Below are positions 1 through 9,417 of a stretch of 64,000 nucleotides of DNA, one piece after another. The first letter of the stretch is position 1; each line of letters starts with the position of its first letter. Origin of the DNA: a virus; the IMG/VR virus record IMGVR_UViG_3300005573_000052. One strand, given 5' to 3'. Below the pieces are notes generated by a model. It had not been told where the DNA came from. It searched no databases and worked only from the letters and a program-made list of their open reading frames with translations. The position numbers were made by a program, and so were the translations under genes.

Positions 1-516
1 ATTGACGCTTAGGGTCTTGACAACATGCTCCCCCTCGGTCAAGTCGTCCCAACACTGGGCAAGACGACCGACCCCTTGAGCCTGAGCCATTTCCAACAGC
101 CCAATAACGCGCTCCACCGCCGCCATCCGGTCAGCGCGCAACGCATATTTCGCAGACTGGCTCTTGGCGTATCCAAGTGAACCAACCATCCGCTTGGTGT
201 AGAACCGGGAACGCTCGCGCCGCAGGTGCCGATAGACCTCCGAGTCGATAACTACATCCTGATCCGCCGCATGCAACATGGTGATGATGAGGTCCTCCCC
301 GTTGGCCGCGAGCTTGAGGAACTCTTGAAGGGCGAAAGACTCGTGTTCTACCTTGGCCGCACCTTCGCCGGTCTTCTGTTGGATGTTGCGAGGGGCGCAC
401 AGAAGCAGGCAGTCTTCGCGGGAGGGCAGAAAAATACCCTTGTAATCCGTGTCGGATTTGGGGTTGTCCAGTCGATAGAGCTTGGACCCGGCGAGAACCT
501 TGGCTAGTGTGGTCAT
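1..516 (-). CDS. Pol-beta superfamily nucleotidyltransferase (T4 NrdC.11 / Nuc-transf-like), runs off window edge
   Basis: Not in the ORF track. Manual translation from ATG 516 gives [31 protein letters not shown] (GS..Y.L....SD.D.KG motif). Frame is open to base 1; ATGA overlap with the cca stop. Confidence 0.8.
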   Translation of the reverse strand, partial: MTTLAKVLAGSKLYRLDNPKSDTDYKGIFLPSREDCLLLCAPRNIQQKTGEGAAKVEHESFALQEFLKLAANGEDLIITMLHAADQDVVIDSEVYRHLRRERSRFYTKRMVGSLGYAKSQSAKYALRADRMAAVERVIGLLEMAQAQGVGRLAQCWDDLTEGEHVVKTLSVN

Positions 517-1892
517 GGGATGAAGGTTTTGGCGTAGGCAACCGCCTCGTCAAGGGTGGTAATGTCGCCATCCAACTGCTTCTCCAGCGTGGCAGTCAAG
601 ATGGTCTTGAATAGGATGCTAGGCTGGAGCCCAAGTTCGATCAGGTGACGACCCATGAGAATCGGCACGGGTCCCTCCTTCGCCACGCTCAGGTTAGCGG
701 CGCGATCCAGCAGCCATTCAGCTTCGGGGGCGATTTGCGGCTTGGGCGGACGACCGCTCTTATCAGCCAGCACAACGCGGGCGAGTCTGTCCAAACGAAC
801 CCTGCGTGCCAGACGACGCACCGAGCGATTCATCTGCTTAACCGTCTCACCCCGTGTTGCCTCCTTGTAGAGGTGGGTGGGAATCATGTGGGTGGTAACC
901 AGTGCGACCACGTCATCAATGAAGTCGGTCTGATTGGTCAGACGACCAAGAAACGCGCGGGTGGGTGCCTCGCCTGCTTCCTCGTGGCCGTAGGCGTGAA
1001 TACCGCGTTCATCACGGGTCGTGGTCGTAGCCTTGCCCATGTCATGGCAAAGCACGGCAAAGCCTACTACGAGGTCCTCATAGTCGTCCCCCGTGCGACG
1101 CGCGGCAAAGGCATCCATGCAGTGCTCAACATGTCGATGAACCGGACCCTCGGGATGGTGACCCGCGTCCTGTGGCACGTCAACCAGCGCCGCCAGCTCA
1201 GGAAAATGAGCCAGCCAGCCGGTCCCCCGCAAAAAGTGCAGGCCCAACGACGGCTTAGCACCCTTGAGAATCAGTTTGACCCATTCGTCCCACAGCCGTT
1301 CAGTCGAGAGGTGCTCAGGCGTAAGAGTGCGACACAGGGCGACCGTGTCGGGATGAGCGGTCAAGTTGAACCGGGCACAGAACTGAGCCCCGCGCAGGAC
1401 ACGGAGAGGGTCCTCGGCGAAATGATGCGAGACGTGGCGTAGAGTCTTAGTGCGGATGTCTTCCCTGCCGCTATGCGGGTCCAGCACTTCGCCGGTGAGA
1501 GGGTCAAGGCCGATGGCGTTGATGGTAAAATCTCGCCTTAGAGCGGCGTCGGCGAAGGTCATATTGGGGTCCAAGATGACCTCGAAATCAGTGTGGTTAA
1601 GCCCCATCTTGACCTCGCGCCGGGGTAGAGCTACGTCCACCGCTTCACTTTCACTCCCCTCAAACGGCCAGACCTTCCAGACCGGAAACGAACGACCAAC
1701 CCGGCGAGCTTGGCCGCAGTGAAGCAGAATACCCTCTACCTCGTCAGCAGGGACGCCAAAGACCTCCAAATCGTAATCCTTGGGGTCGAGGCCAAGCAGT
1801 TCATCCCGGACACAACCGCCCACCAACAGTGCGCGGCCACGGGCAGCGCGAACAGTTTCGGCGATGGTGAGGATGATAGGGGGAACGGGCAT
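513..1892 (-). CDS. cca: CCA-adding tRNA nucleotidyltransferase with HD domain
   Basis: [34 protein letters not shown], plus HD domain (HPEGPVHRH...LCHDMGK...GHEEAG). Confidence 0.93.
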   Translation of the reverse strand: MPVPPIILTIAETVRAARGRALLVGGCVRDELLGLDPKDYDLEVFGVPADEVEGILLHCGQARRVGRSFPVWKVWPFEGSESEAVDVALPRREVKMGLNHTDFEVILDPNMTFADAALRRDFTINAIGLDPLTGEVLDPHSGREDIRTKTLRHVSHHFAEDPLRVLRGAQFCARFNLTAHPDTVALCRTLTPEHLSTERLWDEWVKLILKGAKPSLGLHFLRGTGWLAHFPELAALVDVPQDAGHHPEGPVHRHVEHCMDAFAARRTGDDYEDLVVGFAVLCHDMGKATTTTRDERGIHAYGHEEAGEAPTRAFLGRLTNQTDFIDDVVALVTTHMIPTHLYKEATRGETVKQMNRSVRRLARRVRLDRLARVVLADKSGRPPKPQIAPEAEWLLDRAANLSVAKEGPVPILMGRHLIELGLQPSILFKTILTATLEKQLDGDITTLDEAVAYAKTFIP

Positions 1893-1902
1893 GATGAGGC
1901 GA

Positions 1903-1932
1903 AGTATGACACAAGTGGGGCGCGGAAGTCAA
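1903..1932 (-). promoter_or_regulatory. sigma70-like promoter for cca
   Basis: TTGACT-N18-CATACT, 10 nt before the ATG. Confidence 0.55.
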
Positions 1933-1951
1933 GACCCAAATGATAGCCGTG

Positions 1952-2593
1952 TCACAAACGATAGAGAACCCGGTCGGTCAGGTTGAAGTGGTAGGCGGGC
2001 AGCGGTTCGGGGTATTGAACTTCCCCTCCAGCGTTAACCATGGGCTCACGCTCCATCAGGGCGCTGCTTCGGGCGAGAAACTTGGCCACGGTATTCGCCG
2101 TCCCCCCATCCTTCAGCCCCGGTTGCCCTGCCTCCCCAAAAGTAAACGCCAGCAATGCCTCCGCCTCATTCGCCACATCACTATTCCGGGCCTTGAAGCC
2201 GCCCGGATTCACCTTGACAATCGCACCCTTGGTCATGGCTTCGGCTAACTGGGCAAGTGAGTCCTGTCCGGTCGCAGCAGAAAACAGGCGATGATAGTAG
2301 CTGGCAGTCCGACCGGGACAGAACTTGTCGAATGACTCAACGAAGCCCTTACCATCCGCGCGGAAAGGGCAGGGGAAGTGAAGACTCAGGTCCTTGACGG
2401 CTCCGGCTAGATAGAGTTGGACTGCGAGGTGGTCCGAGAAAGCCGCTCCCCCGGACACGAGTCGGGTAGGCTGAATCACACAGGTGACCGTCTGAGCAAT
2501 TACACTCATCATGCGCCAATAGGCGGGGTTGGTGCGGAGTTTGTCTCCGTCGCTTCCCCGGCCCGCAGAACCGATAATAGCCAAGGTGCTCAT
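1952..2593 (-). CDS. SLOG/YspA-like nucleotide-binding protein
   Basis: LAIIGSAGR and LVSGGAAFSDHLAV resemble the SLOG SGGA.GAD motif. Confidence 0.55.
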   Translation of the reverse strand: MSTLAIIGSAGRGSDGDKLRTNPAYWRMMSVIAQTVTCVIQPTRLVSGGAAFSDHLAVQLYLAGAVKDLSLHFPCPFRADGKGFVESFDKFCPGRTASYYHRLFSAATGQDSLAQLAEAMTKGAIVKVNPGGFKARNSDVANEAEALLAFTFGEAGQPGLKDGGTANTVAKFLARSSALMEREPMVNAGGEVQYPEPLPAYHFNLTDRVLYRL

Positions 2594-3069
2594 ATCGCCC
2601 CTCTCGGCCCCTTAAGTGCCCGTCTCACCCGCGCTATGACATTAGGTGCCCAATACGGGTTGAGAGACTCCAGCCCCTTCGCCCGGGCTTGGGTGACCAA
2701 CCCATCCATCCATTCCTTGTCCAGCCGGTCCAGATGATCCTGATTGTCCAGCACAATCTGGTATCGCGCGACCGGGTTGTCCCGGTAATCCGCTGCGAAC
2801 GCAGTCTTGAACGACGTTATCTGCGGTACGCCGGGGCCAAGGAGATACATGGGGTAATCGGTAAAGCGACAGAAGTATTCAAGGTCGTAATTGCGCCCGC
2901 GCACGGACACGCGCTTGATGCCAAGCTGCTTGGCCATGGCGAAGGCCCGGGCGTCGGTGTCCTTGACCATCTGTTTGCACTCGGCCTTGTGGTCACGCCA
3001 GTAGGACCATGAGACAGTGCAAGTTTCACGGATGACGTGGGGGTAGGGAAGAGAGGGCGTGCAGCTCAT
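2590..3069 (-). CDS. hypothetical protein
   Basis: Overlap-coupled ORF in the operon. Confidence 0.7.
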   Translation of the reverse strand: MSCTPSLPYPHVIRETCTVSWSYWRDHKAECKQMVKDTDARAFAMAKQLGIKRVSVRGRNYDLEYFCRFTDYPMYLLGPGVPQITSFKTAFAADYRDNPVARYQIVLDNQDHLDRLDKEWMDGLVTQARAKGLESLNPYWAPNVIARVRRALKGPRGAI

Positions 3070-4391
3070 AACCCCTTAAACTCCCGGTCCTTATAAGCGG
3101 ACCCACGAGATACAATCCCGATGGGCACACCAAGTTGAGCGGAGATATAAGATGGAACCCATTCCGCCGCAACCATCTCACACCGTCTATTTACGTTGTC
3201 CCTTACCTCACCTAACGCCGCCGTCAGCCGTTCGCGCTTGCTGAAATCACCCGGGTCAACACGACAAGAAAGCAAGTCTGCCCCGGGGTAATCCACGATC
3301 ATCGGCCACGTCGAACGCTTGCTCAACTGGTCCAAATGGGTAAGAGCCAACTGGTGAATGGGTTGACCTACTGCCACCGCATATTTGGCCAACACCGTAT
3401 CAAACCAACCCGCGCGGAATCCATGCTGCCATTCGTTGGTTCCGTTATGGGGTTCGGAGACAAGGGACTTGACAACGGGGTCTTCGCCGGGAAAGGGTCC
3501 GGCCCCATGGCGATGCCCGTAAACCCGCAAAACGCCCACGTTCGTTACATCCGTAACCCCAGCCTGAACTAACATCTCGCCCGCGTTACGATGGGTCACG
3601 CGCGACCAAGTGGTGTGAGGATGAAAGCCATAATCCTCGTCCAGCAACACCCCTTGAGACCCTTCCCAGACAGTGTCTTGGGTTGACACCATATCCATCA
3701 TCTCGTCTTCGCCCACAAGACGAACCTGCTTGGTGAAATTGCCATAACGGAAGACCAAGGTGTCGAGAAGCAGGTCATCAGCGAACAGGTTCATGTCGTC
3801 TTGGGCACCCCTCGCGCCCGCATCCTTGACCCGATCCCAAGCAATTCGAGCCTGAGGAAGCAAATGCTTGCGAAGACGATCCAACCTGTAACCGGTAGAA
3901 TGGCCGTTTTCAAGGTCACCGATGGTTAAGATGTCTTGTCCACCTGCCTCTCTCCGCTCCAACGCATATCTGACCGTCTCCCCTATCCCGACTCCACAAG
4001 ACCCATGCCGGTCCAACCCTCGCGCTCGCTCCTTGAGCCGATTAAGGGCGGCATGATATGGGGTCGTGACCAGAGCATCCTTGTGAATGGTGATGATGGG
4101 AAGGTGACCGATCACCTTGGGAACGAGAACCTCTTGCTCGCGCATTAGACGCAGAGGGTCAACCAAAACGTGCTGAGTCAACAGAGTTGCTGCTCCGGCC
4201 AAAGACCCACTTCCCCATTGGGCGAAGGTGTGATGGATACCGGCATCGGTTATGACGTTGTGGGCGCACTGGCACCCACCAGAAAATCGAACGACCAGCT
4301 TGATTCCGTGATGGCGCACCAAAGCGTCCACCGTAGCGCCCTTGGCCTCGTCACCAAAGTGTAGTCCTGTGACAGTGAAAGCCTTGGGCAT
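3066..4391 (-). CDS. purA: adenylosuccinate synthetase-like protein (divergent PurA type, not PurZ)
   Basis: GLHFGDEAKGATVD, RFSGGCQCAHNV, GSCGVGIGET, EGSQGVLLD, HPHTTWS, RHGAGPFP; catalytic Asp retained. Confidence 0.85.
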   Translation of the reverse strand: MPKAFTVTGLHFGDEAKGATVDALVRHHGIKLVVRFSGGCQCAHNVITDAGIHHTFAQWGSGSLAGAATLLTQHVLVDPLRLMREQEVLVPKVIGHLPIITIHKDALVTTPYHAALNRLKERARGLDRHGSCGVGIGETVRYALERREAGGQDILTIGDLENGHSTGYRLDRLRKHLLPQARIAWDRVKDAGARGAQDDMNLFADDLLLDTLVFRYGNFTKQVRLVGEDEMMDMVSTQDTVWEGSQGVLLDEDYGFHPHTTWSRVTHRNAGEMLVQAGVTDVTNVGVLRVYGHRHGAGPFPGEDPVVKSLVSEPHNGTNEWQHGFRAGWFDTVLAKYAVAVGQPIHQLALTHLDQLSKRSTWPMIVDYPGADLLSCRVDPGDFSKRERLTAALGEVRDNVNRRCEMVAAEWVPSYISAQLGVPIGIVSRGSAYKDREFKGL

Positions 4392-4437
4392 GGGTTGGAA
4401 TCAAGCTGGTCGGTTAGGACAGGAACTGCAACTTGGC

Positions 4438-5460
4438 TTAGAGCCTCGTCACGGTGTCAGAACCCCCAACCATCAAAGCTCCCTCTACTGTCGCTGCTTT
4501 CTTGGCCAAGGAGGACGAAGCCGAGTAAACAGCGATTGCTCCCGTCGCCCGCTTGGCGGCTGAGGCGCTGAGACCCGAGTCAACAAGGTCGGTGACAATG
4601 TCCTTAGGGTTGAACCCTTGACTGACACCGATGGCGGCAGCAATGACCTCGGCGATTTCCTCGATCTTCTCCAGCCGGACGAAGTTTTGGCCAAAGGTGG
4701 CTTCCAACGGTTCGGCGGTAATGGTCTCAGTATAGTAAGAGGAGCAGTTGGGGAACAGCCAGATGACCTCGTAGTGTTCGCGCAGTTCCTCCAAGATGGT
4801 TGAAGTCGGAATGTCGGCCTCAAGCGTGTCGCCGATGAGGCGTTCAACTGCCCCCCGACTCACCTTGGCCCGGAACATCTCGTCGCCCACGATGAACAAG
4901 TAGCCCTTCTGACCCCGCTTTTCCCAGCAGTCAGCAGACGTGTGGCGAGCCATGAAATACATGGCAAGTTCGTAGGACTCGTAGTGTTGGCCTCCGCCAC
5001 CGCCCTCCACATAGACCTTACTCAACGCCTGATCCATCTCATTGCCAGACTCGAACTGGCCGATTTGGAGGGGAACGCGGTCGCTCGTTTCGTCGCCGAT
5101 GGCACCGAAGAGGAGCTGGGGGTCGGCAAGGTAGCCCTTCTTGACGATGAGGCTCATGAGGGGACCGAGTTTCTCGATGAAAACGCGAGGGCCTCGGCCA
5201 ACACTGCCTGTAATGTCGAACAAAACCGCGATGGCTACTGAGTTTGGATGGGCGTCGCTGTCACGCGATTCACGCATGACCTTACCCGCGTAGGGGCTGG
5301 TGGGGCCAGCGACCAACTTGGGGTCAAGGGTGGGGTGAACGGCTACTGGTGCGGTTCCTGCCCTGATGTCTGCATCATAAGCAAACGAGGAACCTCCAGC
5401 GGCAGCCGTAGCCCCAATGGTGGAGTCAAAAACGCTCCGTGAATAGGTTGATCCGCCCAT
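4438..5460 (-). CDS. vWA (MIDAS) domain protein
   Basis: VLFDITGSVG, FGAIGD, GGGG...ESYELA, FIVGDE. Confidence 0.8.
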   Translation of the reverse strand: MGGSTYSRSVFDSTIGATAAAGGSSFAYDADIRAGTAPVAVHPTLDPKLVAGPTSPYAGKVMRESRDSDAHPNSVAIAVLFDITGSVGRGPRVFIEKLGPLMSLIVKKGYLADPQLLFGAIGDETSDRVPLQIGQFESGNEMDQALSKVYVEGGGGGQHYESYELAMYFMARHTSADCWEKRGQKGYLFIVGDEMFRAKVSRGAVERLIGDTLEADIPTSTILEELREHYEVIWLFPNCSSYYTETITAEPLEATFGQNFVRLEKIEEIAEVIAAAIGVSQGFNPKDIVTDLVDSGLSASAAKRATGAIAVYSASSSLAKKAATVEGALMVGGSDTVTRL

Positions 5461-5462
5461 GG

Positions 5463-5600
5463 TCAGTTGGTTACCGAAGTCGAAGCAACGGCAGGCTGAG
5501 GGTTAATGGTTGCTGTGGTGGGAACAGTCTCGGCGGGAGCTGAGACCGGAATGCTCGGAACGGACGCCGAAGCTTCGTCATCGTATGATGGTTGACCCAT
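5463..5600 (-). CDS. small Ser/Thr/Pro-rich peptide (45 aa)
   Basis: Manual translation MGQPSYDDEASASVPSIPVSAPAETVPTTATINPQPAVASTSVTN; fills the gap and stops 2 nt before the vWA ATG. Confidence 0.55.
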   Translation of the reverse strand: MGQPSYDDEASASVPSIPVSAPAETVPTTATINPQPAVASTSVTN

Positions 5601-5639
5601 GGTGATGATGGATTGGGGGTTAACGGTTGATGGCAAAAA

Positions 5640-6710
5640 TTAGGAAGAGGCAGAAGGAAGAGAGAAAGGACGAAAAGCACTGGACCATCCCAAAGCCTTG
5701 CGAACGTCCTTGAACTCGGCGTGAAGCTGACGGGCGGAATGGGACCGATGGGCCTGCCCCAACCAGCACGACTTCATTAATCCGGCCAGTGCCAGCGGGA
5801 CGCCGTTGGGGACGGTGGACAGGGAAGACGGAGACGCTCCAAGGAGGTAATTCATGCAATATCCCACCATACAGATGTCACTGGAAAAGTCAAGCGGTTT
5901 TTTTGCCAATACCTCGGGTGGGTAGAACCCATTCCACGCTAGATTGATGGCCTTGGCCGTCTGCCCGGTCTTGCGCGCACAGCAGAAGTCAATAAGGACG
6001 CCTTGATGCGTGTCTGGCACGATTAAGAAATTGTCGGGCGTGAGGTTGGCATGAACGATGCCTTGAATATGGAGCAAGTGCAGGGCTTCCAACATCCGAT
6101 TCCACATCCATGCCGCGTCCTTGGGGTCAAGACCCTTGGGATAGGCGTTACGAACCTCGGCCAGTGACACCGCCCCAGTCATGAAAGAAAACACGTTGGT
6201 TCGGACTTTGATCCTGCCGTTCTGGGTCTCGAAGGAGTCGAGGAGGTTGGAAAAATAAGCACAGTGCTTGGGGTCCAACGTCGCGGGCAACTTGGCCAGC
6301 AGATCAGCCTCCGCCTTCATCAAGTCGTTATTGGCGGGAGAGCGACACACCTTGACCACCACGGGAACCCCTTTGTCGCTCACTCCCTCATACAGACAGG
6401 CTATATCCTGCTCTTTCAGCAGGTTTGTCAGGTCATATACTGCCGTTTTGGTGCGGAGGGTGGCAAAGATGGCGGGGCGGTTGTCTCCATAGGTGCCTCG
6501 CGCAACCTTGGCCTCAGCCTGTTCACGCCATTTGGTCAATAGGAGGAAGGCTTCGTGGGCGGCAGGCTTGTCGGCGACAGGAACAAGGTCTTCGTGAACC
6601 AGTTTGGCCCATTCCCGGTAAGAAGACTCAATGGCGGACTGGTCGGGGCCGAAGATGGCCTCGGGCCAACGAGCGGATTTAAGAGTGGATAGGGCGATAG
6701 AGAGAGTCAT
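5640..6710 (-). CDS. J-domain + Ser/Thr kinase-like fusion (degenerate motifs)
   Basis: YREWAKLVHED (HPD-like), VVVKV, IVHANLTPDN, LIDF, PPEVL. Confidence 0.75.
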   Translation of the reverse strand: MTLSIALSTLKSARWPEAIFGPDQSAIESSYREWAKLVHEDLVPVADKPAAHEAFLLLTKWREQAEAKVARGTYGDNRPAIFATLRTKTAVYDLTNLLKEQDIACLYEGVSDKGVPVVVKVCRSPANNDLMKAEADLLAKLPATLDPKHCAYFSNLLDSFETQNGRIKVRTNVFSFMTGAVSLAEVRNAYPKGLDPKDAAWMWNRMLEALHLLHIQGIVHANLTPDNFLIVPDTHQGVLIDFCCARKTGQTAKAINLAWNGFYPPEVLAKKPLDFSSDICMVGYCMNYLLGASPSSLSTVPNGVPLALAGLMKSCWLGQAHRSHSARQLHAEFKDVRKALGWSSAFRPFSLPSASS

Positions 6711-7054
6711 GACCGTCCCTCCCGTTCGCGCCGAGCCAATTCATCAACCATGTCATAGTAGGTGCTGGGCAACACGCCTTCCCAACCGTCCTCCTCTAAC
6801 GCATCCAGCCCGTTCTCGATGTCCATTGTGGCCATCTCGCCCTGCACGAAGCTTAACGCAGAATAACCCGCGCTGATAATCTCAGGATAATGCTCTTGAG
6901 CCTTCCGCTCCAGCAGGGCGATGGAGTTGCGAAGGTGCAAGTCAGTCATGTCCTCCAGCCTCATCTTGGTGCCGTCGCGCATGGTCCAGTGCAGATAGCG
7001 GGACCGGCCCTTGGAAGGAAGGTAGGAGGATTTGGGGGTGGAGCGGCTAATCAT
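6707..7054 (-). CDS. hypothetical protein
   Basis: Overlap-coupled ORF; W.MRDG....LEDMTD.HL.N motif of a kind I associate with phage hypotheticals. Confidence 0.7.
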   Translation of the reverse strand: MISRSTPKSSYLPSKGRSRYLHWTMRDGTKMRLEDMTDLHLRNSIALLERKAQEHYPEIISAGYSALSFVQGEMATMDIENGLDALEEDGWEGVLPSTYYDMVDELARREREGRS

Positions 7055-7314
7055 GACTGGTGATTGGTTGACTCTGTCGGTTCATCCAATCCATCCACAG
7101 GCGGCAAACTGCCCCGATGCGCACGAAACACATCCGCCCAGTTGACGTGGCTGGGCACCAGTGGAAGCACCTCCTCGTCCCATTTGACATCGCGTAAGGG
7201 CAACACGCGACTCCTCAGCCATTTGGCTGCGTCAGCGTAACCGGCGTGGTCCAATTCAAGGGCGATGGTTAGCCGGGCTTGATCGTGGGAGGAGAGTTCA
7301 ATGGTGCCGCTCAT
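7051..7314 (-). CDS. hypothetical protein
   Basis: ORF downstream of a promoter, overlap-coupled. Confidence 0.65.
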   Translation of the reverse strand: MSGTIELSSHDQARLTIALELDHAGYADAAKWLRSRVLPLRDVKWDEEVLPLVPSHVNWADVFRAHRGSLPPVDGLDEPTESTNHQS

Positions 7315-7340
7315 GGGGAGATGGGGATTGGTTATGGGGG

Positions 7341-7370
7341 AGTATAAGGGATTTGGGGTGATGGTGTCAA
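7341..7370 (-). promoter_or_regulatory. sigma70-like promoter
   Basis: TTGACA-N18-TATACT. Confidence 0.7.
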
Positions 7371-8941
7371 GCCTTTGATATGCCGCCGCGCCAGACGTTC
7401 CCTTGCGCGTCCTTGACCATACCCAGTTCCATTATGGCCGTAGCCTGATCAACTGACCCGTATTTCACCTGTAGCTCGTGGACATAAGACCGGCGCGCAA
7501 GGTGTTGTTCGGTCAGACCCGCATCGCGCTCGGGCGGTGGCTCAACCGGCTTAACCACCCCGCTCCCCCAAAATTTAATCAGTGCCAACTGTGCGCACCG
7601 CTCTTGAAACTGCGCTGCCGTCTCGCCTTCGCCCGCGCGAACAGCCTCGTCAACCAGCTCGGGCCAGTCGGACAGGATAAGCCCCGCCAGCTTGCGCCGC
7701 TCCGGCTCACCCATAGGACCTACATAGACCGCCTTGCTGATTCGTCCCGGCCTCGTGGTTCTCCCGTGCCCATTATCCGGGATGCCCAACGCCGGGTCGA
7801 TCTTGTCCAGATGGTTGGTCGTGACGAACAGCAGAATACCGTCCGACGAACCCACGCCCGAAATGGTGTTAAGCAGGCAGTCGAAGGTCAGACAATCACG
7901 GGTCTTGCCCTTGGCCGACAAATTCTCGCGCAGGTTGAACTGGCAGTCCAAGTCCTCCAGCAGCACTATTGCGGGCACATTCTGAAGCGCGATCTTCCAG
8001 TCGGACGCGAACGACCGGTTGTCGTAGGTGGATAGGTCAAAGACGTAGATAGGCAGGTCGTGACGCTGGGCGAGGTTGCGCACGATGGTGCTTTTGCCGC
8101 TGCCCGATTCGCCCCAAATCAGGTAACCGCGAAACCACGGAACCGAGCGCGACCGGAACCAAGTCTCGTGAGAGAGGAAGGTCTCGATCTCATCAAACTG
8201 GCCGAGGACTTCCGGTGCAACCGGATGGTTGACAAAGGGAGCGATGTCATTTGCCCGCTCCACCAACTCCTCCGGTTTCCACACGAGCGACCGTAGCTCA
8301 CCCTGCTGGAGCTTGACCATGATGTCGCCGCTATCCCTGTTGCCATGAAGAGAAGCGGAAGTGGGATTATCGGCCCGGACGCCCTGATCCGCACCTGTCA
8401 TCGGGCCATACATCCTGATGACGTTGAACCGCCGGGTCTTAGTCTGCCCCATTTCGCGCGACTGGCGCAAGGCGTTATAGGCCGCAATGGACTCAGCCAG
8501 AAAGGTGTCGATGTCAAGGGTGCCCCGAAAATAGCGGAGAGTGACCGGCTGGTTGTTACCCCCGTAATCGCCCACGTTAGGCTGGCTGTTTGCCCCCAAT
8601 GTGAACCCTTGGCCGACTAGAAGGGGAACTCGACCCAGCCAGAAGAGCAGGGCCTCGGAGGTCAGGCCCTCGTACCCCACGCCCTCTCCCCGCCGTTTTG
8701 GAGCCACGAACCCCTGAATGCCGCCGAACATGCGAAGGCCAAACGGGCTGCGCTGCCCCTTTTGCCAGACCTGATTCATGATGGCCCGGGCGGCATCCTC
8801 CTTGACCACCACGCGGCACACGATTAGGCTGGAGACCCAAGTGAAGAAGGAGAGGAACTGACGCCAGAAACCTCCAACGACGGCAAAAGCGGCGGTGATA
8901 CCGGCCCACGAGGCAAGGGAGAGGTTGGATAGATCGGGCAT
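7367..8941 (-). CDS. BCS1-like AAA+ ATPase with N-terminal membrane anchor
   Basis: RGYLIWGESGSGKST, LLEDLD, LLNTISGV, TTNHLDKIDPAL...RPGRI; hydrophobic N-terminus. Confidence 0.85.
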   Translation of the reverse strand: MPDLSNLSLASWAGITAAFAVVGGFWRQFLSFFTWVSSLIVCRVVVKEDAARAIMNQVWQKGQRSPFGLRMFGGIQGFVAPKRRGEGVGYEGLTSEALLFWLGRVPLLVGQGFTLGANSQPNVGDYGGNNQPVTLRYFRGTLDIDTFLAESIAAYNALRQSREMGQTKTRRFNVIRMYGPMTGADQGVRADNPTSASLHGNRDSGDIMVKLQQGELRSLVWKPEELVERANDIAPFVNHPVAPEVLGQFDEIETFLSHETWFRSRSVPWFRGYLIWGESGSGKSTIVRNLAQRHDLPIYVFDLSTYDNRSFASDWKIALQNVPAIVLLEDLDCQFNLRENLSAKGKTRDCLTFDCLLNTISGVGSSDGILLFVTTNHLDKIDPALGIPDNGHGRTTRPGRISKAVYVGPMGEPERRKLAGLILSDWPELVDEAVRAGEGETAAQFQERCAQLALIKFWGSGVVKPVEPPPERDAGLTEQHLARRSYVHELQVKYGSVDQATAIMELGMVKDAQGNVWRGGISKA

Positions 8942-8990
8942 ATAGAGTAAATGACTGAGTAGATGAGATAGAGTTGATGACGAAGGACCT

Positions 8991-9020
8991 AGTCTAGTCC
9001 ACTTAGCCTCTGCCTGTCAA
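8991..9020 (-). promoter_or_regulatory. sigma70-like promoter with abutting TTTCGCGC boxes (9021-9039)
   Basis: TTGACA-N18-TAGACT; two GCGCGAAA copies on + strand at 9021 and 9032. Confidence 0.6.
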
Positions 9021-9096
9021 GCGCGAAATCGGCGCGAAAGGGTGTTGTGCCAGTCTGTCAGTCCATCCCCTCCGCTAAGCAGACTCAATCACCCAA

Positions 9097-9417
9097 TCAA
9101 TCCACCCACCGCCTGAACGTGCGCAGAAACGCCTCGGCTCGTTGAGGAGCAGTGGCTGGCGCGAACCTGTGGTCAACCCGGGTTCGCAAAAGGTCATAGT
9201 AAACGGCTCTAAATTCCGGTCCCCACGAAAGAAGAGCCCATTCCGCCTCGTGCATGGCGTTGAGGTCGGTGAGGTAATGCGGCACCTCCATCTCCTCCGA
9301 TTTCATGGTCCCAAGGGTCTTGGCCCCCCAAAGCATGTTCGGGTCAATCAGATCACGGCGGAAATCAGACCACCCGCACAATTTGGCGATAGCAATTCGT
9401 TGGGCTTCGGGGTTCAC
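9097..9417 (-). CDS. tandem paralog 3, phage ABA-sandwich-like protein
   Basis: MNPEAQRIAIA..CGW / VP.Y..DL.AMHEAE / QRAEAFLRT motifs shared with neighbours. Confidence 0.8.
   Translation of the reverse strand: MNPEAQRIAIAKLCGWSDFRRDLIDPNMLWGAKTLGTMKSEEMEVPHYLTDLNAMHEAEWALLSWGPEFRAVYYDLLRTRVDHRFAPATAPQRAEAFLRTFRRWVD

Noticed and set aside
131-571. ORF-track protein MATLPP...
   Set aside because: Wrong frame; the frame from ATG 516 has nucleotidyltransferase motifs and an ATGA overlap.
3066-4391. PurZ / Z-genome (2-aminoadenine) pathway
   Set aside because: The motif is GDEAKG with the PurA Asp, not the PurZ Ser variant (GSxGKG); no DatZ/MazZ-like neighbours; context is vWA/kinase.
4413-4419. 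Additional attC sites (isolated CCTAAC/GTTAGG matches, e.g. here and near 13963, 23593, 38951)
   Set aside because: No L''/L' boxes or inverted arms nearby.
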